A stretch of DNA of 52,725 bases from an uncultured Pseudomonadales bacterium (GTDB taxonomy: Bacteria > Patescibacteriota > Microgenomatia > UBA1400 > PJMF01). The notes under the pieces were generated by a model. The model ran no database searches. It was given only the letters and a program-made list of their open reading frames with translations, and was not told where the DNA came from. The stretch covers positions 1 to 52,725 of the forward strand of contig CAZOWX010000010.1 in NCBI GenBank assembly GCA_964583795.1, in the 5' to 3' direction. The position numbers and the translations under genes are program-made. Positions 45,914 to 52,725 of the stretch are shown one piece after another (position 1 is the stretch's first letter; each line of letters begins with the position of its first letter).

Positions 45914-46629
45914 GAGTGGTGATTATACATCTTGCTTGGTTGTAACTGCCAGGTGCCAATCTCTCGTTGTTTTTTAAACACGGCGTTGCAACTTAGGAGT
46001 GTGACAGAATCAACCAGATACGGCTCGAATTGTATAGATTCCGATAGTTTTAATACTTGTTCTCGAAACGCTTGAGATGGTTGAGAGCTAAACCGAACTA
46101 ATGTCATATTGCTAAAGAAATAGCGTGTGTTTGCGTAGATTTTATCATCTGGAACATTGGCTTTTTTCATCGCTTCGTCTAAATCTAGGACAATGTTATC
46201 TAGTTCTGGATCGGTTGTGCCGATCAGAGCGAGGTTATTTGGGAAGAGTAATAGGCGATAAAAGTAGATCTGATACTGGTGGTGACGAGGGATGACGCTA
46301 GAAAAAACGCGCTGGGCCTTTTCAATGTCATTTTCATCAAAGTGTGGCGGATCATTGATGACGCGTACGTTTTTGACGGTGAGGTGCAGTGAGTCATTGG
46401 GGTAGTAGAAAAAATCAGGTTCGATTGCTCGCAGTGGCTGAGTCAGTGTGCTGACTTGATTGATCAGCTTCTGGTTTGGAATGTGAACGCTGGTCAAGCA
46501 AATTCTGGAATCATTTTCGTAATCTTCTACTGGTGCTACAGTACTAAAATTCAGTGCATTAACACTGACTTGTTTGGCGATGGTGTTAATGACTTCTATT
46601 TGTTTGTGTTGGTGGGGTGTGAGTGGCAT
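45910..46629 (-). CDS. hypothetical protein, weak 2H-phosphoesterase (LigT-like) resemblance
   Basis: The first HxT motif is present (SLHLTV). The second position reads NMTLVR, with H replaced by N. Its stop overlaps the EamA gene by 4 nt. Confidence 0.5.
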   Translation of the reverse strand: MPLTPHQHKQIEVINTIAKQVSVNALNFSTVAPVEDYENDSRICLTSVHIPNQKLINQVSTLTQPLRAIEPDFFYYPNDSLHLTVKNVRVINDPPHFDENDIEKAQRVFSSVIPRHHQYQIYFYRLLLFPNNLALIGTTDPELDNIVLDLDEAMKKANVPDDKIYANTRYFFSNMTLVRFSSQPSQAFREQVLKLSESIQFEPYLVDSVTLLSCNAVFKKQREIGTWQLQPSKMYNHHS

Positions 46630-46803
46630 ACTAGAGGTTACTAATGGTAATTAGTTCAAATCTATTGGGTTTGGATGCCAGCAACAAACCAGATTTTTTC
46701 CTCCAGTTTTACCTACTCAAACCGCATGTCCGTATCGATTTTTTGTAACCCTTAGTTAATATGCTCTATCAAGAAACGATATGATTCATATTCATTTTTT
46801 GTA

Positions 46804-47289
46804 CTATCCAATCACAAAAAAACGATCTGTCTTATTTTCTATTACAAAAGGATATTTTGAATCATCTCCTATTTGTTGGTAGTGGTCATATGCTCTTTTT
46901 AGGTTATTCCATGTTGTGTTATCTATGTCTTGTTCACTGTAGAATCTTAATCTTTCTACTTCACCCTGGGGAGGAGCTTCTAATGCATCGAGAAGGGCAT
47001 ATCTTCTCATATGTTCCAATTCATGCATTGCCACAAAATAGGGATCTTTTGAATCTGGATCTACTCCAGCTAATACTTTCCACTGAAACGAACCTTCAGG
47101 ATAGAGTTCAAGTTTAGTGTACTCTGCAGGGTTTGTATAGCTCTGATCTGGCTGAAGTTCTAATATCTTTGTGGGTTCGAAAGCTTCTTCTAATGGAATA
47201 TCTTCTATGCTTACATTAAAACCTCTATCACTCCACCCTTCTGGTGCGTATGTTATCTGGATACATTCAAAACTACTTGGTCTTTCGAT
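46804..47289 (-). CDS. C-terminal HEXXH portion of a frameshift-split gene (-1 frame relative to 47253-48146)
   Basis: This frame is open from 47349 to 46804 but has no start codon before the GTG at 47034. It contains VAMHELEHM. It joins the upstream ORF at the A7 run. Confidence 0.6.
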   Translation of the reverse strand: MERPSSFECIQITYAPEGWSDRGFNVSIEDIPLEEAFEPTKILELQPDQSYTNPAEYTKLELYPEGSFQWKVLAGVDPDSKDPYFVAMHELEHMRRYALLDALEAPPQGEVERLRFYSEQDIDNTTWNNLKRAYDHYQQIGDDSKYPFVIENKTDRFFVIG

Positions 47290-48146
47290 TTTTTTCCAAT
47301 TGCAAGAAACAAATAATCTGTGTCTGTAGAGCCTTGCTCTAAACCTGCTTTAATTGAGTAGCCCGTTATTCCCATTAAACCCCAGTTTGCAATTTCATTT
47401 TGTGTAATTAGGTGTAATGACTGTTCACGAAGTTGTCGCTGTACGTCATTTCCTGACTGCCAGTGTGCCTGGAGAAACATGTCTGCGTCAGCAACAGTGG
47501 GCAACGCCTTTTGAATTACATCTCTAGCGGAATCGTATCTTTCATCACGGAAGGTTTCCTGAAGAATAGTTGGTTTATCAGTTATTAAAATCTTTAATCT
47601 TCTATCCCCACCCCGCTGATACTGAGCCATTAATCCGCCTTCTTCAAAAGCGGATTGCCGTATGTGAAAGCCGACATTTTGTGAGTCTAATATTTCGATG
47701 CCTCTTTCTGATAGTTCTTTTACTTCTACAATGTTTTCTGGCAACCTTTTGATCCCTTCGGTTGCAATTTCAACCTCAGGTGTTGGAGTTCTGGTTGCCC
47801 TACTACTTGTAACACGAACTACCTGCGCGACTTTGTGGTCTCCGTCCTCTTCACCTTGCCGTTTAGCTTCTAAAAGTTTTTCGGTGTCAAACTCACCTTG
47901 ACTACTTTGGTCTTCCCACCTAGTTGGAATCCCCTCACGAAACCAGACCTTTATACCATCTTGGTTGAAAGAGAGCACTTCAGGTGAGGGTTGCGTTTCG
48001 GTGAGTGAGGGAGTTTGATTTTGTGTAGAATTTGTAGAAGTGTTTCTATCCCTTGACCTTAAACCGACACCAGCTGCTGTGAGAATAAAACCAGAGATTA
48101 TTCCCTTCAAGAGATTCCGCCTACTTATATCTTTGTTTTCTGTCAT
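47253..48146 (-). CDS. N-terminal portion of a Tat-signal secreted protein (upstream ORF of the split gene)
   Basis: Twin-arginine signal MTENKDISRRNLLKGIISGFILTAAGVG. The 297-aa ORF ends 11 codons after the A_AAA_AAA heptamer. Confidence 0.7.
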   Translation of the reverse strand: MTENKDISRRNLLKGIISGFILTAAGVGLRSRDRNTSTNSTQNQTPSLTETQPSPEVLSFNQDGIKVWFREGIPTRWEDQSSQGEFDTEKLLEAKRQGEEDGDHKVAQVVRVTSSRATRTPTPEVEIATEGIKRLPENIVEVKELSERGIEILDSQNVGFHIRQSAFEEGGLMAQYQRGGDRRLKILITDKPTILQETFRDERYDSARDVIQKALPTVADADMFLQAHWQSGNDVQRQLREQSLHLITQNEIANWGLMGITGYSIKAGLEQGSTDTDYLFLAIGKKSKDQVVLNVSR

Positions 48147-48613
48147 TTAATTTAGATACTACTTGAAATGGTTGGTGTAAATTGTTGCTGTTACTGTTAC
48201 TATATCATGGAAACTAGTATGAACTATTTTAGATCCAAGAGGTATTAAATCTTTGCCAATTTTTAAGAGTAGTCAAGTGTTTTTTTGATAACTTATTACG
48301 TTTTTGGAAATACCAAACTTTTTTTCTAACATTGATAATATTTGGCCGGCTAACTCAAATGCATATTTTTCTCGATTTTGCCAATACCTGAATCATAAAA
48401 TGATTCAAGGAATCTACGCTAATAAAATAAAGAAAGTAGATATAAAAACGAAAAAAGTAACTGAAGAAAATGGGGGTGATGTTTCAAAGCATCCTCCGAT
48501 GTGGTTTTTAGCCAAAAAATTCTTTGATAGATCGTATGTCTGACATGTTTTACAATTCTGTGTTGGTTGGACTAATGATTTGTTAGGAAAGAAGACTAAA
48601 GAAAAATCCTAGG

Positions 48614-48636
48614 TTCGATTCCCGTCACCGGTATTG
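48614..48636 (+). other. orphan tRNA 3'-end fragment (T-loop plus 3' acceptor strand)
   Basis: The segment ggttcgattcccgtcaccggta has no matching 5' acceptor, D arm or anticodon arm upstream. Confidence 0.55.
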
Positions 48637-48703
48637 CAACTTTCCAGGCTAAACGATTTTTTGCAAAAAATAAAGCTCGAACTCGGGGAAAGATTGATTT
48701 CTT

Positions 48704-48736
48704 GGCTAAAAACCAAAAAACGGGAATTAATTCCCG
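48704..48736 (-). terminator. rho-independent terminator after tRNA-Gly
   Basis: The palindrome CGGGAATTAATTCCCG is followed on the minus strand by TTTTTTGGTTTTT. It lies 2 nt after the CCA end. Confidence 0.7.
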
Positions 48737-48738
48737 AA

Positions 48739-48812
48739 TGGAGCGGGATAGGGGAATCGAACCCCCTTCTCATCCTTGGGAAGGACGCATTCTACCGGTG
48801 AACTAATCCCGC
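48739..48812 (-). tRNA. tRNA-Gly (anticodon CCC), CCA encoded
   Basis: The reverse complement is GCGGGATTAGTTCACCGGTAGAATGCGTCCTTCCCAAGGATGAGAAGGGGGTTCGATTCCCCTATCCCGCTCCA. Confidence 0.9.
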
Positions 48813-48884
48813 GCTGTTTTTCTACTTGTTAAGCAGCGATCTATTTTAACACGATTTTATATTTTGGGTTACAATAGACACAAC

Positions 48885-49820
48885 ATGATTCAACAAATCA
48901 CTCTCCCATCAGCTGAGCAAAAAACTCCTGAACCAACCGTCAAGAAACCCGTTGTCTCCAATAACCCTGCTCCGGTGAATCGACCAGTCCCCCTCTCCTC
49001 TACTCGATCGATTACAAATCCATCGGTGCAACCCAATACTCCCAGTGCTCCAGCGATGAGTGGGTTATCTGCTTACGAGCAAACCCAACAATTTCTCAAA
49101 AACCAGATCTTATCCATTCAACGCAAATCCAAAAACCTCAAAGAATCCGAACGCTCCATCTTGTTTCAAAGTATCGCAGCGTTATCAGCTTCAGTCGCAC
49201 TGGGCCTTGCCTTCATCTTCTTCATCTTTCCGCTGCTGATTCGCTTTGCTGGTAACTGGGGTAACCTCGCCGTGTTCCAACAAAGTGACTCGATTCCGCC
49301 ACGCATTCCCGCCTTTGCTGCACCACCCGAAGCCACACAGGAAAGCTCAATTATCCTATCAGGATTTGGTGAACCCAAAAGCAAAATCGTTGTGGTGAAA
49401 AACGGCCAACAATCTGAAAACACGCAAGTCGATGACAACGGTGAGTTCTCACTCAACGTTGGGCTCAACGAAGGCGAAAACACCATTGCTTTGTTTAGTG
49501 TCGATGAAGCCAAAAACGAAAGTGCCAACAGTAAAACCTACACCATCAGTTTTGATAAAACCCCACCAGAAGTTGATTGGCAAACCCCAGAAGATAAAAA
49601 AGTAGTTAAAAATCTGCGTGAGCAATCAATCGAAGTCAAAGGCACTGCAAATGAAGCAGCAAAGGTGTATCTCAACGATAAGTTTGTGGCCAACTCACCC
49701 GATGGTAACTTTAAAACCAATTTCCAACTCAATCAAGGGGATAATGCCCTCAGCCTCAAAGTGACCGACAACGCGGGAAACGAAACGGTTGTTGAGCGCG
49801 TTGTCTCATTTAAACCGTAA
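48885..49820 (+). CDS. membrane-anchored protein with Ig-like/beta-sandwich repeats
   Basis: Pro-rich N-terminus, one TM (IAALSASVALGLAFIFFIFPLLI), then two repeats of the type ..G.......V..NG............F......L.EGEN.I. The first in-frame ATG was chosen as the start. Confidence 0.7.
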   Translation: MIQQITLPSAEQKTPEPTVKKPVVSNNPAPVNRPVPLSSTRSITNPSVQPNTPSAPAMSGLSAYEQTQQFLKNQILSIQRKSKNLKESERSILFQSIAALSASVALGLAFIFFIFPLLIRFAGNWGNLAVFQQSDSIPPRIPAFAAPPEATQESSIILSGFGEPKSKIVVVKNGQQSENTQVDDNGEFSLNVGLNEGENTIALFSVDEAKNESANSKTYTISFDKTPPEVDWQTPEDKKVVKNLREQSIEVKGTANEAAKVYLNDKFVANSPDGNFKTNFQLNQGDNALSLKVTDNAGNETVVERVVSFKP

Positions 49821-50963
49821 CCGATTCATTCCTAGTAGCGTCGCAAGTGCAATCAGTGTCCACGCATAAAACACACTATTGTTAAACAGGCTATGAATGC
49901 CAATCAATAGTACGACTGATCGAATCGGTTCGCTCATAAAAGTAAAACGCAGTTGCCACAGTGCGAGCAGCAGCAGCACTGAACCCAAAACTCCCAGTGA
50001 CACAAACACAAATACAAATGAGTTGTCCGGGGCGGTGGCATGATTAGGCAAGTTGTTGAGCGATGCGGGAATAGTGGTGTACAACCCTTTTCCCCAGATG
50101 ACTTCAGTCAATGAAAGTGATTGTAAAGCCGCCTGGTTTGAGTTAATTCGCGAAAAAATACTGGCAGTTCTCTCAAGTTTCACTCCTTCTGAGGAAGGAC
50201 GCGGTAATAGCGGGATTATTGCAAAGAAAAAGAGAATTATCAGAAATTGTTTTTTATATTTTGATACCCAAAGATTAAACACACTCACCAGAATGAGAGC
50301 AACATACGTAGCGCGAGAGTACGTCAGCAACACACTCACCATTCCCAGGCCAATAAACAGTCCAAACAGCCACCATTTGGAATTTTTCTGAGTGAGCGTA
50401 TACACCACTACCCCAATTGCTAGGATCAATCCAGTGAAACCCGGATCAAACACGGTAGAAATCAGACGATAGTAATGATCATCCCACCCCAGCAGTAATA
50501 ACCACCGAGTATCAGGATAGAAAACGTACTGTACCACACCAAACACCCCAATCAATGCGATCATGCCCAAAAACAAATGTAACAGTTGAGTTTTTTTCAT
50601 CATGCGATTCTTGATCGCCAGGTGAACCAACACTCCCAGTTGGGTATACAACCCCAATCGAACCAGATACAACACTGGCACAATGTCAGGATGCAGTAGC
50701 TGAATAAAAAGCGTTTGAATACCCAGAAAGAGCGCAAAAACCAAGGTCAATGGGTGTTGGGATGCATACCCCAGTAACTTACGATACGCAGTCAATAACT
50801 CCGGTAGAAAAAGAACGATCAGTCCAGACAGAATCATCTCGTGAAGATACACAGCGACGTGCGATGTGAGTTGAAATCGCTGGAGTTGCCCAAGACTCAA
50901 CACTGCAAAAAAGACAGCAATCAAAATTCGAAATAGTGCTGGTTTAGCGTCTGTGAAGTTCAT
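49806..50963 (-). CDS. O-antigen ligase / Wzy-like polymerase family membrane protein
   Basis: 385 aa with more than 10 TM spans and the loop motif LTYSRATYVALI typical of Wzy_C proteins. Confidence 0.75.
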   Translation of the reverse strand: MNFTDAKPALFRILIAVFFAVLSLGQLQRFQLTSHVAVYLHEMILSGLIVLFLPELLTAYRKLLGYASQHPLTLVFALFLGIQTLFIQLLHPDIVPVLYLVRLGLYTQLGVLVHLAIKNRMMKKTQLLHLFLGMIALIGVFGVVQYVFYPDTRWLLLLGWDDHYYRLISTVFDPGFTGLILAIGVVVYTLTQKNSKWWLFGLFIGLGMVSVLLTYSRATYVALILVSVFNLWVSKYKKQFLIILFFFAIIPLLPRPSSEGVKLERTASIFSRINSNQAALQSLSLTEVIWGKGLYTTIPASLNNLPNHATAPDNSFVFVFVSLGVLGSVLLLLALWQLRFTFMSEPIRSVVLLIGIHSLFNNSVFYAWTLIALATLLGMNRLRFK

Positions 50964-51693
50964 AGCGTTTAATCCGAACCATATTGGAGTGTATGGCCAT
51001 TAAAAAACTGTACACAAACCCGCGGTAGCCATCCAAAAAGCCGAAACGAATGACAAATGTATAGATGAATTTACAAACTGGAAAGCAAACCATTTTCAGC
51101 AGTAAAAATCGCTCATCATGCTCACTTGCAAGCAGGGAAGTATACTGATCAATTTTTTGAATAAACTGTGTGATTGAGGTGTGGGGGTGATGCCCCAAGA
51201 AATGGTTCAGCGTGATCACGTTTGCCGCTGTCGATGTGAGTACCAGTTGTTCGTGTGCACTCCCATGCCACTGTGCTTCCCCCTTTTTCACAATTCGCAG
51301 AAAAGTTGCTCCTCTAGTTTCTCCGTGAAAAAGCGGCTTGTTCAGGAAAAAATCAAGTCTGCGCAGTCGCATGCCAACCACATCAGCATCATTCAAGTGC
51401 GCTTCAATTTCAGTGGTTAACTGCTTTGAAATATACTCATCGCTATCCAGAAATATGATCCAGGGAGTGGTGACCATACGCATCGCTTCGTTTTTCATCT
51501 GCGAAAAGCTCTTGAGCTGCGGATGTGGCAACACTCTCAGTGCTGTGCTGGTCTTCATTTTTTTCCAGTCAACTCCCGACTGCTGGTCAATGACGATAAT
51601 TTCCTGGGCAAATGTTGCGCTTTGGATCGCTTGGCACATTCGCTCGTCATCGCGATGACACGGAATAATGATGGTGAGTGGGGCTTTGGTCAT
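50944..51693 (-). CDS. family 2 glycosyltransferase
   Basis: LTIIIPCHRDD and the FLDSDEY (DxD) motif. Confidence 0.88.
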   Translation of the reverse strand: MTKAPLTIIIPCHRDDERMCQAIQSATFAQEIIVIDQQSGVDWKKMKTSTALRVLPHPQLKSFSQMKNEAMRMVTTPWIIFLDSDEYISKQLTTEIEAHLNDADVVGMRLRRLDFFLNKPLFHGETRGATFLRIVKKGEAQWHGSAHEQLVLTSTAANVITLNHFLGHHPHTSITQFIQKIDQYTSLLASEHDERFLLLKMVCFPVCKFIYTFVIRFGFLDGYRGFVYSFLMAIHSNMVRIKRYELHRR

Positions 51694-52725
51694 GGGATAT
51701 CTGGGACTACAGTAACTGAAACGTGGTCAAAGTGGATTGTTTTCGCACCTTGATACTCATCTAACTCGCTGTTTTTATTGTTAATAAAGTATACCGCAGT
51801 TGGAGTGTCGGGTTGGGATGGAGAGGTAGAGTTGTTGAGTGAGAGACCAATCATTCGATAATTATCGAGATAGCTTTCAAAGCGAGCTTCAGGATCGCTT
51901 GAGTGCAAGGTGTATGGCTTTGTGTTTGTATCACGCTGGATGTAGCGCATCACTTGCAGTTGTTCTTTGTACGATGGTCCGTAGTGAAACTCTGAATTGG
52001 CCGGAAGCACAAAAAAATGGTTGTTCACGATGGCTCTGCTATTGATGAGTGCAGTGCTAATGATAAGTAGTACGACGAGATATTTTGCTAGATGCTTCCA
52101 ATAAAACAGACCAATGCCAATACTCATGCAACACAGCAAGATAATCGGAGGGAAATACGCTTCCGATGGTGTGCCGTGTATCACGAGTGCGAGCAATAAA
52201 AGCAGTACACTCACGCCAACTTCATACAAAAATAAATCAGCCTTTTTTGTACGAACAATACTCCACAAACTCAAGAGCACTAACCCTAAAAATACCGCTC
52301 CTAATACAGTACTGTTGAGTGAAAAAATGCGTGAAAAATAAAAGAAAAATATTTTGGCTGTGTCGACGAACTGGGATATTGAGAAAGTGTGGGAGGTACC
52401 TGGCAAAAAGTAACGTGCGATATTTTTTGCTACCCAAAAGATGAACCCTCCAAGCTGAGAAAATTGGTGCGTTGTGTCATAGATGAGCTGAGGCAGTAAA
52501 CCAATTGCAAATCCCAAGGATATCTCCCATAGAAAGGTTTTTTTCCAATGCTTGGTTTTCCACAGTGAAAGTGGAATCAATAGGAGTAGCGGGAAAAGCG
52601 CTAACTCGAACTGAAACAGAAGCGAAAAACTTAGTACTGCCCCTAAAACCGCTCGACTTTTTTGTTCGATCAATCGGTCTATGTTCCATAAGTACAACAA
52701 TAAAAATGAGATAATTGGAGTGATG
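51690..52725 (-). CDS. GT-C fold (ArnT/PMT-like) membrane glycosyltransferase, 5'-partial
   Basis: Multi-TM region with a soluble C-terminal domain. The frame stays open to the window edge upstream of the TTG at 52700. Confidence 0.65.
   Translation of the reverse strand, partial: ITPIISFLLLYLWNIDRLIEQKSRAVLGAVLSFSLLFQFELALFPLLLLIPLSLWKTKHWKKTFLWEISLGFAIGLLPQLIYDTTHQFSQLGGFIFWVAKNIARYFLPGTSHTFSISQFVDTAKIFFFYFSRIFSLNSTVLGAVFLGLVLLSLWSIVRTKKADLFLYEVGVSVLLLLLALVIHGTPSEAYFPPIILLCCMSIGIGLFYWKHLAKYLVVLLIISTALINSRAIVNNHFFVLPANSEFHYGPSYKEQLQVMRYIQRDTNTKPYTLHSSDPEARFESYLDNYRMIGLSLNNSTSPSQPDTPTAVYFINNKNSELDEYQGAKTIHFDHVSVTVVPDIP

Noticed and set aside
48304-48543. 79-aa ORF in the ORF-poor region before tRNA-Gly. 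I also noticed a short minus-strand fragment (...NREKYAFELAGQILSMLEKKFGISKNVI...) that looked protein-like.
   Set aside because: The ORF has no RBS or family resemblance. The minus-strand fragment is about 37 codons, bounded by a stop, with no start. It is at best a gene remnant and too weak to annotate.
48565-48636. Full-length divergent tRNA on the plus strand
   Set aside because: Only the last ~22 nt are tRNA-like. The candidate 5' acceptor would need three G-U pairs plus a mismatch, and no anticodon or T stem can form. It is kept only as a 3' fragment.
1-52725. CRISPR array
   Set aside because: The only short repeats are contiguous 7-nt-phased degenerate tracts and isolated hairpins. 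There are no 25-40-nt direct repeats separated by unique spacers, and no cas genes.
1-52725. Integrase, transposase, toxin-antitoxin or known defence-system genes
   Set aside because: None of the ORFs of 60 aa or more shows tyrosine/serine recombinase, DDE, HNH, restriction-modification, Abi or TA signatures. The only nuclease-like small genes are yraN and a GIY-YIG protein, both in housekeeping contexts.

Overview
This is a 52.7-kb, gene-dense window, with most genes on the minus strand. It comes from a small-genome bacterium, probably a Patescibacteria/CPR-type organism. That placement is an inference from a truncated RF1 and EF-Ts, a LemA-HtpX pair, 23S-IVS-type four-helix-bundle genes and a dockerin-tagged secreted enzyme. 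The genetic code looks standard, because TGA closes ORFs at ATGA junctions.

Recognisable content:
- Translation: rplS, rpmE, prfA, tsf, rpsB, gatC/gatA/gatB, and four tRNAs (Glu-UUC, Asp-GUC, Thr-CGU, Gly-CCC).
- tRNA modification: tgt and queA.
- One-carbon and nucleotide metabolism: folD, glyA, pyrG, a phosphoribosyltransferase.
- Replication and repair: dnaE, nfo, dinB, a PolX core, a GIY-YIG protein, yraN.
- Proteostasis: htrA, ctpA, clpB, htpX, lemA.
- An ABC-2 exporter pair.
- Envelope genes: LysM protein, O-antigen-ligase-like protein, GT2, GT-C.
- A secreted glycoside-hydrolase-like protein with a dockerin.

I found no rRNA, CRISPR array, integrase, transposase or recognisable defence gene.

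The unusual signal is in the non-coding and marginally coding sequence:
1. Both four-helix-bundle (IVS/Avd-like) genes sit inside housekeeping operons (gatA...gatB and htpX...clpB). Each is bracketed by inverted repeats, one of them a perfect 19-bp pair. This looks like an rRNA-IVS-style stem-loop cassette transplanted into mRNA.
2. A palindromic hairpin repeat family (CGTCATCC-stem-loop-stem-GGAT, with stems that covary between copies) has at least 7 copies. One 72-bp copy is inserted in frame inside gatB.
3. Degenerate tracts with a strict 7-nt phase lie at many gene ends. They also extend into coding sequence at the glyA N-terminus, the gatA C-terminus and insertions in tgt and gatB.
4. Three long spacers share the same order of repeat modules, including a ~70-nt structured element present twice.

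Other points: a Tat-signal/HEXXH gene is split at an A_AAA_AAA slippery heptamer, a DUF2164-like ORF lacks a canonical start codon, and an orphan tRNA 3' fragment lies near tRNA-Gly.

All calls come from reading the sequence and recalling protein families. No searches were run.
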